From positions 82,909,334 to 82,964,518 of the forward strand of contig NC_068988.1 in the NCBI RefSeq assembly GCF_001194135.2: a stretch of 55,185 bases of DNA, given 5' to 3'. The position numbers and the translations under genes are program-made. Positions 46,701 through 54,570 of the stretch are shown here, piece after piece; within the stretch, counting starts at the first letter, position 1, and each line of letters begins with the position of its first letter. The notes beneath the pieces are model-generated. The model was not told the DNA's origin, did no database searches, and worked only from the letters and a program-made list of their open reading frames with translations. The stretch is from Octopus bimaculoides (lineage: Eukaryota).

Positions 46701-49318
46701 GTTCCACATTTTGCCAATTTCTATTTCAAGATCTTAATACTTGCTCAATTTTTGGTAGGTCTTGACAGATACATTCATGTCGATTGGGACAGTCATCGAT
46801 GAGGAGGCATGCTTTTTGTCTGAAGTCCTTCAATATGATGTCTGGCCCATTTGCCTCTATCTTTCTGTTAGTTTGAACGGTGAAGTTCCAAAGGGGTGAG
46901 ATGTGGTTATTTTCAAGCACTGGTGGTGGTTTGTGTTCTCATCAGATTTTGTCCTGGGGCAGGTCCAAGTCTTTACAAATTACCCAGTGAATATACAATG
47001 CTGCTTTATCATGCCTGTTAAGATACTCTGTAGGTGCAAGAAGGCTGCACTTGGAGACAACAGGATCAATGGTTTCATTTTGTTATTTACATACATGACA
47101 TGGTTAACTGCTGTTCTTTAAGATGTTGGCTTGGTAACTTCTTGTAGGTAGGCATTGATCTTGGGCTGCTCTGACAAACGCTTCTGTCTTTGATTTTAAG
47201 CCAGAAGACACTAATTACTGATGAGTAAGGGTTTTGTCAATCAACATTATTAGCTGTCTTTGGGTATTTGCCATTGAGTGGTTTTTCTTGCCATTTATCA
47301 TTAAGACTATCTAAGGCAGCAGTTTTAGCATGGGTTTTGATACGCTTAGCTTTTTTGTACTTGTTTGCAGTATGTCTAATTCTGAAATTTCTTGTATTTA
47401 GAATTCACTTAGATATTTCTTTGTCTGTTTTATTACTGAGTATGATGTTTTCTTATTTTAAGACAGGTTTTAACATCCAGTCATCAGAGTTTTTCAGGTC
47501 GGTGTTTAGATGAATAGGTTGTGGAGCCATCAAATGTGACTCTACTCAGAAGGCTGTAATCTCATTTGACAGGAAACCTGGCATAAGGAATATATAAAAC
47601 AAGGCTGTGACTTTAAATACCTTTAATGTCGCCACATGTATATATATATACACAAGCTGAATGATAAATGAAAATGGTTTGATGTGTGGAAGCCATGCTC
47701 TTCTGTGCATTACCTCCTGTCTGCTAGCTGGCGTGTGGTGAGTGAGAGCCAACTAGATCACGTCTTTACTGCTCCTACAGGTGTTTATGTCAGTTGTGGC
47801 AATCTTCATTGTTAATTCCAGTTGTAAAAGTCCATGGCCACCCTCTTTTCTTGGCAGGTAAAGTCATTCGATATCTGCGTTAGGGTGGTGCATTCTACGC
47901 ATTGTCAACAATTTTCATATTTTTGTGTCACAATTTCAGATTTCAGTCATTGACCTGTTAATAATATTGAAACTGTAAGTCATGACTGGTATGGCTAAAG
48001 TATTGATCACTTTGATCCTGTTTCTTGCATTCAGCTCTTATTATTTTTATTATTATTATTATTGCATTCAGCTCTTATTATTATTATTACTAGCAGAAAG
48101 ACTGCCCTCTGGGTGGTTTTCGGCTAGTCAAACCTGGAGTGTGTTTGTGTTTATATTAGAGACAATGTGTGTGTGAAAAAGAGAGGGTGGGGTGGAGAGA
48201 ACATTGCAAACAATGAATGAAATAAACATAAAATGAAAAAATTGTATGAATAAAAGTTTGTTAAAAACTATCTTGTACTGAATATTCAAATTTGTGAACT
48301 TGAAATATTCAATAATAGAAGGAGTTCAGAAAGTAAATTTTCCTGAAAACATCAATTTATAATTTATACGTTTAGTGTGCTAGAAGTAGCAGCAATCACA
48401 TATTGTAAGCCTTATAGTGTTCCAAACAGCCATACCNNNNNNNNNNNNNTATACATATATACGACGGGCTTTTTTCAGTTTCCGTCTACCAAATCCACTC
48501 ACAAGGCTTTGGTCGGCCCGAGGCTATAGTAGAAGACACTTGCCCAAGGTGCCACAATGTGGGACTGAACCTGGAACCATGTGGTTGGTAAGCAAGCTAC
48601 TTACCACACAGCCACTCCTGTGCCATATTAAAAAAATTTTCATTTTATCAAAAATAAGCCTCAAAGTTATACAGCCATTTTGTGAAATAGCATTCATTCA
48701 TTCAATAAATAATTTTTTTACATTACGTATATAGAATTAAGTGTGGGTTTTGCAAACAGTGAATTAAAACTTGAAATGAAAACATTGAAATGAATATATA
48801 TTAAATTATGATTAATGAAAAGAGAGAGTGAGTGAGAGACTGTTGCAAATGAAAATAGAAAATTCTGCCTGCAACAAATTAATATTGTTTATTAAATCTA
48901 CTCCACAGTGAATGCAACGAATATTTAAATTTGTGAAGAACTTGGAAGTTCAAATACTCAATAAACTTCAGAAATTGAAATTACAAGAAATTTTTTGAAC
49001 ATGAATTTATACAAAAATTTCCAAACAGTCAAGCCTTTAATAATTGCTTTCTTTAGTAACTATCACATACTTAATTAATAATCAGCTTTCTCCATTATAA
49101 TAATAATAATAATAATAACGATTATTATTATTATTATTATTATTGTTGTTGTTGTTGTTCAGAAACAGTTCCTAAAAAATATAATTTACTTTCTTGTTTT
49201 TATTTTTTGTTTTTTATTTTAGAGTCAGAAACAGACATTGGCCCAAAAGAAACTCAGCCAAGTTGATAAATCAGGAATGAAGTCAATCTCTAGTTTCTTT
49301 TTTAAGTCAAAATCTTAA
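12967..49318 (+). CDS. RNASEH2B: Ribonuclease H2 subunit B, 11 coding exons, 906 nt, 301 aa
   Basis: All exons have GT-AG boundaries with consistent phases and no internal stop. Motifs YKLRHPC, VFEV..YKEEFRSWL, SPVDPLFLILPYLIKAE, YSEEKTLSWLQRKV, YACGMVSNYI, LSQVDKSGMKSISSFF (PIP-box) match RNASEH2B. Confidence 0.95.
13682..15017. mobile_element. Foldback element with long inverted arms in intron 1
   Basis: About 13682-14035 is the reverse complement of about 14462-15017, e.g. gaggacttcgggaaattcacaagatccgag vs ctcggatcttgtgaattttccgaagtcc. Unique spacer of about 430 bp. Confidence 0.85.
15670..18502 (-). mobile_element. Decayed hAT transposon (GTF2IRD2/SPIN-like transposase)
   Basis: TIR cagtggttctcaacc / ggttgaaaatcacta. 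Flanks atttagag / acttagac (degenerate 8-bp TSD). Minus-strand motifs HCIFHQENII and QLGNKEWIADLAFMIDITTHL. Interrupted by a retroposon at about 17255-17760. Confidence 0.85.
18929..19370. mobile_element. Two adjacent decayed copies of a TTAA-CCCTT MITE (piggyBac-like)
   Basis: Similar to copies at 33661-33858 and 42737-42953, which have ttaa..cc / gg..ttaa ends. Confidence 0.55.
19531..20026. mobile_element. pogo/Tigger-like MITE
   Basis: TIRs ctgtatatactcacagataggtt vs reverse complement ctgtatatacttgcagataggtc, flanked by TA. Confidence 0.75.
20160..20620 (-). mobile_element. tRNA-derived SINE, family B (near full length)
   Basis: Minus-strand head gcaggagtggctgtgtggtaagtagc..ggttcagtccc (A/B box-like). 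Related copies at about 22975-23140, 24700-24860, 33215-33400, 34145-34440, 38080-38500, 39660-39920, 43685-43800, 48450-48620, 49900-50190, 52200-52520. Confidence 0.85.
20740..21000 (+). mobile_element. Retroposon family C (RTE-like 3' end), orientation ending in (GAT)n
   Basis: Matches 25120-25320, 30960-31415, 34440-34550 and 36125-36425 in the same orientation. Confidence 0.75.
21501..21572 (+). CDS. RNASEH2B: RNASEH2B exon 2 (TAINPVDGVESDAIFYKLRHPCT)
   Basis: ttctag|...ACAG|gtaaaa, 72 nt, phase 1-1. Confidence 0.93.
21775..21945 (-). mobile_element. Retroposon family C, opposite orientation
   Basis: catcatcatcgtttaatgtccgctctccatgctagcatggg.. Same orientation as 9380-9545, 17255-17760, 22740-22940, 25915-26170, 27260-27650 and 34965-35420. 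Confidence 0.8.
22108..22180 (+). mobile_element. SINE family A head (aaggcggtgagctggcagaa type), truncated
   Basis: Matches heads at 42105 and 42337. Other family A copies at about 22490-22700, 32930-33125, 39990-40145, 40770-41240 and 53810-54570. Confidence 0.75.
22210..22257 (-). ncRNA. Minimal hammerhead ribozyme motif, probably inactivated
   Basis: Minus strand: AAGACAC CUGACGA A GGCUG-GAGGGUAUAU-CAGCC GAAA CGUGUUAAC. Cores and 5-bp stem II are intact, GACAC/GUGUU stem I is possible, but the cleavage triplet is missing. Confidence 0.6.
23990..24170 (-). mobile_element. LINE 3' end fragment, similar to 44400-44580
   Basis: aaagagccataaagagga..ggtgt..ggagtagtg..catg(g)aattt..gaag shared between the two loci. 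Confidence 0.55.
24355..24462 (+). CDS. RNASEH2B: RNASEH2B exon 3 (NSSIFLFTHKNQNVFEVTNYKEEFRSWLFNNYVVE)
   Basis: ctgcag|...GAAG|gtaggt, 108 nt, phase 1-1. Confidence 0.95.
27147..27223 (+). CDS. RNASEH2B: RNASEH2B exon 4 (GSLLFVSPVDPLFLILPYLIKAEKK)
   Basis: tttcag|...AAG|gtaatt, 77 nt. Confidence 0.96.
28747..28855 (+). mobile_element. tRNA-derived SINE head (third family)
   Basis: TGGCTCAGTGG A box, GTTCAATTCC B box, then gttcttgagcaaggcacttta core. Reverse-oriented core at about 28170-28215. Confidence 0.7.
29041..29254 (+). mobile_element. mariner-derived MITE
   Basis: TIR ggggtattgaaaagttcctggct vs reverse complement ggggagctgaaaagttcctgact, TA ends. Retains the transposase C-terminus KSVNLRGEYVE*. 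Confidence 0.8.
29535..29736. mobile_element. TTAA-CCCTTTAGC MITE (piggyBac-like), right end partly deleted
   Basis: Starts ttaaccctttagcattcag, ends ggggttaa. Confidence 0.6.
30013..30127 (+). CDS. RNASEH2B: RNASEH2B exon 5 (TGKFMTIDHMLEDDQYLDIHHLSESVRVKDLSLITDVK)
   Basis: tttcag|...AAAA|gtaata, 115 nt. Confidence 0.93.
30432..30695 (-). mobile_element. 5'-truncated copy of the R4/Dong-like LINE
   Basis: Matches 46270-46630 (tgtacaagttg.ctccaagtctcacc..gacctcaagagacaac; ggatatgggcagttcccatgagca). Ends in (TAA)n. Confidence 0.8.
32754..32818 (+). CDS. RNASEH2B: RNASEH2B exon 6 (SDSIVACRYSEEKTLSWLQRK)
   Basis: ctttag|...AAG|gtaaat, 65 nt. Confidence 0.95.
33997..34105 (+). CDS. RNASEH2B: RNASEH2B exon 7 (VQKVAKVFSEKGVHVSEGVAHSKTYIKTMKENPHLK)
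   Basis: ttttctgcaag|...AAAG|gtaaga, 109 nt. Phases 0 and 1 fit exons 6 and 8. Confidence 0.88.
34600..34945 (-). mobile_element. Tc1-like transposon 5' fragment
   Basis: MENNPCCNASDIAEQVDVSPRTAVGCLHKLGYYGRAA resembles the second HTH of Tc1 transposases. Confidence 0.65.
36025..37486. mobile_element. Inverted-repeat element with telomere-like core
   Basis: atcttttctgtttgactttc (36025) vs reverse complement of 37461-37486; about 36636-36730 vs reverse complement of about 37348-37442. Interrupted by a family C copy. Confidence 0.6.
36775..37036. repeat. Degenerate (CCCTAA)n / (CCCTAAA)n telomere-like array
   Basis: ccctaaaccttaattctaaccctag..aaccctaaaccccaaccctaccctaactctaacccc. Confidence 0.85.
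37597..37678 (+). CDS. RNASEH2B: RNASEH2B exon 8 (EAMLYACGMVSNYICDDLQKKLKEKL)
   Basis: cctcag|...TAGG|gtaaga, 82 nt. Confidence 0.95.
40143..40730. repeat. Compound microsatellite (TTA)n-(TTTC)n-gap-(TTA)n-(TGA)n-(TGG)n
   Basis: Directly visible. Confidence 0.97.
41295..41890. mobile_element. mariner transposase remnant with an internal inversion
   Basis: Plus strand 41528-41890: KMLLCIWWNYEGIIHF..LLQDNIRP..MPHPAYSPAL. Minus strand 41527-41300: PSDYYLFQSVAHFL..HGIKELAERWLQTEQHDGLYFE. Confidence 0.85.
42105..42540 (+). mobile_element. Two head-to-tail SINE family A copies
   Basis: aaggcggtgagctggcagaa at about 42105 and 42337, each followed by the gagtt(c)aaat..gtc(g/a)actttgcctt core. Confidence 0.85.
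43165..43350. repeat. Degenerate minisatellite (ttatta(c/t)tacattagg variants)
   Basis: Several imperfect copies visible. Confidence 0.7.
43438..43477 (+). CDS. RNASEH2B: RNASEH2B exon 9 (LKDEELQNPPPKK)
   Basis: tttcag|...AAG|gtaaca, 40 nt, phase 2-0. Confidence 0.9.
43986..44060 (+). CDS. RNASEH2B: RNASEH2B exon 10 (KIKIDNSLGPSEDYSQMKKTTEQTK)
   Basis: ttacag|...AAA|gtaaat, 75 nt. Contains the P.EDY motif. Confidence 0.92.
44400..45060 (-). mobile_element. CR1-like LINE fragment(s)
   Basis: Minus strand ..ASPVWNPHLVQNINLLEAVQRHATK at about 44770-44870, a typical CR1 post-RT motif. Confidence 0.7.
45410..46268 (+). mobile_element. Non-autonomous element (possibly Helentron/DINE-like) enclosing a Gypsy integrase fragment
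   Basis: Core ggacaaggattctgg repeated at about 45490 and 46074. 3' end gccttggcagaggtttccgctctctgagtgctctt. 45830-46000 encodes PPLTAP..TDKFFTIDLNGCKDTISVDRLKKAF. Confidence 0.5.
46270..48000 (-). mobile_element. R4/Dong-like non-LTR retrotransposon with restriction-like endonuclease
   Basis: Minus strand SKCSLLAPTEYLNRHDKAALYIHWVICK and ENNHISPLWNFTVQTNRKIEANGPDIILKD..CLLID (REL domain). Both ends abut (TTA)n. Confidence 0.85.
49223..49318 (+). CDS. RNASEH2B: RNASEH2B exon 11 (SQKQTLAQKKLSQVDKSGMKSISSFFFKSKS*) with PIP-box
   Basis: ttttag|AGT...TAA. DKSGMKSI..FF is the conserved PCNA-interacting terminus. Confidence 0.96.
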   Translation, partial: SQKQTLAQKKLSQVDKSGMKSISSFFFKSKS

Positions 49319-50838
49319 CTGAATTCCAATTCTAGCTACTGGTATGGCTGCTTAGTTAGAGCAACATGTGTTAATAGCACAACACACTAATGCAAAGCAT
49401 TAGGACTAGTGTTATATAATGTACATGTGTGTGTGTGTGTTTGTATATATATCCACTCACATGTATAGTATATAATATATATATATATATACATACACAT
49501 ACATATGCATGTATATATAATATATATATATAATATATAATATATGTATATATATATATATATGTACACAGACACATGTTTGTTTCATTCAGCTGATATT
49601 ATTAACATTATATCAAACACATTAATGTTCGTAGCTGAGTTAAAATATACCAGTGTTATAAAATATTTTACTGTTTGTAGAGCTGAGCTCTTACTTGAGA
49701 CACAAACGAAATAAATCACTACATGACCTCATTTTTGATTCAGGAAGAATATACTAGAATATGTAATTGTAAAATTGTATTTAGATCAAGTATTTGAAAG
49801 ATTGTGATCTAAGAGTGTGGATTGCCTTCTTTCATGAAATTTTTGTAGTCCATTATTAAAATGGATATTCTTGAGAATAAAAATTCTACAACTTCATTTA
49901 TCTGTTATCTTTTATTTGTTTTAGTCAATGGACTGTGACCATGCTGGGGCAATGCTTTGAATGGTTTAGTCAAACAAATTGACCCCAATACTTATTCTAT
50001 CAGTTACTTTTGCCAAGCCATTAAGTTACAGAGGCCTAAACAAACCAACACCAGTTCTTAAGCAGTGGTGAGACACACAAACACATATAACAGGCTTCTT
50101 TCAGTTTCTGTCTACCAAAAGGTTTTGGTTGGCTAAGGCTGTAGTTAAAGTCATTTGACCAAGGTGCCATGCAGTGAGACCTCAAGACCACAACCACTGA
50201 AGTGGTAAACATCTGGAATATGTGGAATTTGGAATGGCACCAATGACAAAGTCTTTTAGCAAAACCCTTTTCTGTTGTGGCATTTTGTAGTCGACTAGCC
50301 TTTTATAGACTCCGTACATTATCATGTGAATTTGGAACATTTGGTCGAGTTCTGTATTTTGATTAGTCAAATATTGTGCGGTATATGGATCTCCAAATAA
50401 CTAACTTGAATCATCGCTGGCAGTCTATGTCTGCCTATATATATAGCCTTAATAAAACCTCTGTGACAGAGAGGTGAGAGAATTCCAGGAGGACGTGTCA
50501 TGATATATTCCTGCTATTATAATGGAGCACTTGTAACCAATGACAGCCAAAGCTGAATTATCCAAACAGTGGATGAACTATACACCCAACAGAATCCTTG
50601 ATGTGTTTATTTGGTCCACTGTATAATTAAGTAGAGGAATAAAGTCTTGCTGTTATTTTAAAGTTTGTTTCTGGTATCATTTCCACGAGTTAACAAGCAA
50701 CACATGTTATATAATGATATCCAAGATTCCATAGTATACCAAGAGAGGCTTTATAATCGCACAGCTAAAGTCTCTAGAATTTAATTATTGAAATATTATT
50801 GAAATGCCATTTATGTATCATACTTAATGTATAGAGAG

Positions 50839-51418
50839 GTAATATTTATCCCTGCTTAAACGTTCATGTTCTGCTAGAACAAACTATACTGTGGTAGATA
50901 CCATGAGAGAAACTCTCATATTGGCTTTTGGTGCAAAATGCACTCTTGTTCATATCACTAGCAGGGAGATAAATTCCCGCCATCTCCAGAACTGTTATCA
51001 TCAGGTTACATGATTTCAACCTTCCTTAGCTTTGTCAATGATGGACACTCAACCAGCGACTCACCTCCTCAGCAGTGATATATAGAAAAATAGTGCTAGA
51101 ACAGGTGCTGGTGTCATGATTAGTCAGTGAGCTTGTTAAAAAATTTATATTAGTGACAGAGGCAGTATTAATAGCGAGAAGTAATATTTATCCCCACTTA
51201 AATATGTGTGTTCTGTTAGAACAAACTATACTGTAGCAGATACCATGAGAGGAACTCTCATACTGGCTTTTGGTGCAAAATGCACTTGTTCAAATTGCTA
51301 GCAAGGAGATAAATCCATGCCATCTCCAGTGCCAAGGCCACCAGCTCACATGAGTTCAACCTTCCTTGGTCTCATCAATGATGGATGCTTGACCACTAGA
51401 AATAGCAGTGACTCATCT
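50839..51418 (-). mobile_element. Tandem duplication (period about 342 bp) with conserved hairpins and decayed hammerheads; candidate retrozyme relic
   Basis: gtaatatttatccc at 50839 and 51181. About 235 bp align between copies. Hammerhead-like motifs at 50998-51044 and 51338-51384. Confidence 0.55.
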
Positions 51419-51607
51419 TTCTACAAATAATACATATTACTTAACAGGGGCGAAGGGGTCTATGTATGCAATACATGCACTGCATGCCTTACTATTTTTC
51501 CACAATAAATAATTTTTGTGTTAATATATAATTGATTATTGATAATTTTGACTAGATTCATTGTAGTCATATTTACTTTTATTTTGCATTCCTTCATTTC
51601 TTAGTAT

Positions 51608-51990
51608 AAGTGGTCAACAGAAACATAGGAAAAGGAAAGCAAATTTTTACTGCTTGCTTTCAGACATAGCAAGAGCAGTGATGCTATTTTCCTTGTATTC
51701 TATTATTTTCAAGAAGGGAACATCAAAAAGAGGGACAAAACAAAAAAGTGAGTGAGTGGTCAAGAAAGAGAAAGATGTTTTATTGCTTGCCTTTCAGCTG
51801 TGTTAAGTTGTCAACAGAAACAGGGAAGGGAAAGCAAATTGTTTACTGCTTGCTTTCAGTCATAGTAAGAGCAGTGATGCTATTTTCTTTGTATTCTATT
51901 ATTTTTCCAGAAGAGAGACAAAAAATGAGCAGTCAAGGAGACAGACAGAGAAAGCAGATATTTTACTGCTTGCTTTTCAGCCATGTTTAG
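51608..51990. repeat. 197-bp tandem dimer with a four-fold internal motif
   Basis: aagt(g/t)gtcaacagaaaca at 51608 and 51805. gaaagca..tta(c/t)tgcttgc(c/t)tttcag occurs four times. Confidence 0.85.
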
Positions 51991-53809
51991 CCAGCAGACA
52001 TGTCATCTTTTTTTCCTCTTGAAGTGCTGATGTTTTTACTGTCCTGTGCAACAGAGATCAAAATCTTGCCTATTCAGAGGACTTTCCTAAGGCTTTCCTC
52101 ATTGTCAGACTGATTTAGATGAGAAATACATATTTAGTCAATTTACAAGTTTGTTTTATTGCTTTCTGATATATTTCATATGATTATTCGGTACCGGAGA
52201 GTACACATTGTATCTTTTACCTTCTACTTGTTTCAATCAGTAGACTGCGGCTATGCTGGGGCACCACCTTCAATAATTTTTAGTCTAATGAATCTATTCC
52301 AGTACTTTTTTTTAAAGCCTGGTGCTTATTCTGGTGGTCTGTCATGCCAAACTGCTAAGTTACAGGAACGTTAATACACCAACACCAGTTGTCAAACGTT
52401 GGCAAAAGACAAACATGGACACAAAGTTGGCCCAAGGCTATAATAGAAGACACTAGTAGAAGACTGGACCTGGACCCATGAGGTTGGGAAGCAAACTTCT
52501 TACCAAACACCTACACTTGCTTTCTAAAAAGATTTAACCAATGGAGAGAGTATTTTTGATACCTTCTTATAACCTGGATTGAGTCATGTGATCCCAGAGT
52601 TTTCTTGACTATTTCACACATAGAGCGAAAAGAAGAAACCAGCAATTTGTGTGTGTGTGTGTGTGTGTTTTAAAAGTAACATTTTCATCCATTTGTTCAT
52701 GCCAATGCTTTAAAATTTAATTTTAAATATTCAAAGTTATTTAAGAAAGGTTACCTAAAAAAAGTAAACTAAATTATTTATTAGCATAAAGCTTCAATTC
52801 GTTTAAAAAGATTATAAACCCAGTAGAATTTCTCATGCTTTCAATCACCCCCAGAATGGCAAAAGGGTCAATTGGTTCAGTTTTCTCTCTACTTTCCCCA
52901 ACTTTGTAACAGATAAAATCAATCTCGGAAAAGAGAAATCAAAGCTGAAGCTGAAAATCAAAATGGAAGTGGGCAGCAAAGAATGTCATCGTTATTTTGA
53001 TTGAAAGTATTATGAATAGTCTGAGTGAATGACGAGATGACCCATTCTGAACGATTTTTCTGTTTCCCATGTCTGTTAGTTTGTCAGTATAAGAACACAT
53101 TTTCTCAGCTTTGAAGTGATATTGAAAATGAATTTCACTTCCTAGTGATATTCAAAATGAAATCATTTAATTGTATAGCTGTTATAAGTGAAAGTATAAT
53201 GAAGCCAGTGATTGAAAAAAAAAAAAACAGCATTTGTTGCTATTATGTTTGGTGAGACTACAAACCTTTGAATGAAATTTTAACTGTTACACATTTTGGA
53301 TGAAATTGTTGGAAGGTGATTTCCAAAGTTATATGTATGTTACTCGTGCCTTACTAACTACTTCAAAACGGTGCATCATAGGAGAGAGACTATTTTCCTT
53401 TTCAGACTCCCCATATTTCAAAGCATATGATGCTACACCTTTCACGGAAAACAGGGGAACATTTGGATACCAACCTCAGTGGGGGGTGGGGCGGGGTGGA
53501 CTGCATGCCCTAATTTCCTAGTCACCATTCACAACTTACTTAATGTATATTCACTGTTGAGTAACATGATGTTGTTTAGTCAGAGAAAATCTCTTCATAT
53601 TTTTTATGCTGTGTTAAAAAGGCAATCTACATTGGAGGAAGACAAAAAAAATCATCCTGACAGTAATTCACAAGAACACCAGATACATTTCAGCCTTCTT
53701 TGACCTTGTCAAAGGTGTGCACTTGCTACATGCCAAGGCAAAATCTGTCCCCTCCAATATACAGAAAACAGAAAATAACATATTTGCTAATATTGCAAGT
53801 CTCTGGAGA

Positions 53810-54570
53810 CTTGTAATTGAACCCAATACTTGACTGGTATTATTTTATGGACCCTGAAGCCATAAAGGTAAAGTTGACCATGGCAAAATTTGAACTCAGA
53901 ATGTAGTCAGAAAAAAATGTAGCTAAGCATTTTGTCCAACATGCTATCTATTCTGCCAGCTCACTGAATTAATAATAATGGTTTCAAGTTTTGGCACAAG
54001 GCCAGCAGTTTTAGAGGGAAAGGGAAAGGCATGAGGTTAGAAATTTTGAGAAGATGGGGTTAGTTGATATCATTGACCCTAGTATTTGACTGTTACTTAT
54101 TGACCCTGAAAGGATGAAAGGTAATGTTAACCTTAGTGGAATTTGAACGCTGAATGTAATGAGAAGAAATACCAGAAGACACTTTTTCTGACACTCATGG
54201 TTCAGCCAACTTGCCACTCTTGTGATAATAATAATAATAATAATAATAGTAATAATATTGGTTTGAAATGTTGGCACAAGGCCAGTAATTTTAAGGGAAG
54301 GAGTAGGTCAATTACATTGACCCCCAGTACTCAACAACCTGAGCTGGTCGATCATGTTGCTGAATAGCGTGGTATCGTTTGCATGCTCCAGATTGGTAAG
54401 GTGGTAGTTCCCAAAGGTGACCCCAGAGACTTGCTGTTCAACTAGTATTTATTTTATTGATCCTGAAAGGATGAAAGGAAAAATTGAACTCAGAATGTAA
54501 TGAGAGATGAAATGTGGCTTAGCATTTTGCCCAGTGTGCTAACAATTCTGCCTGCTCACCGCCTTCTTGT
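53810..54570 (-). mobile_element. Cluster of 3-4 tandem SINE family A copies
   Basis: Repeated ttgaccc(t/c)..gaaaggatgaaagg..atttgaactcagaatgta..ctgcc(a/t)gctcac blocks separated by (AAT)n. Confidence 0.8.

Noticed and set aside
52905-53005. Possible plus-strand exon after ttgtaacag (DKINLGKEKSKLKLKIKME)
   Set aside because: No partner exons, weak donor and no recognisable homology.
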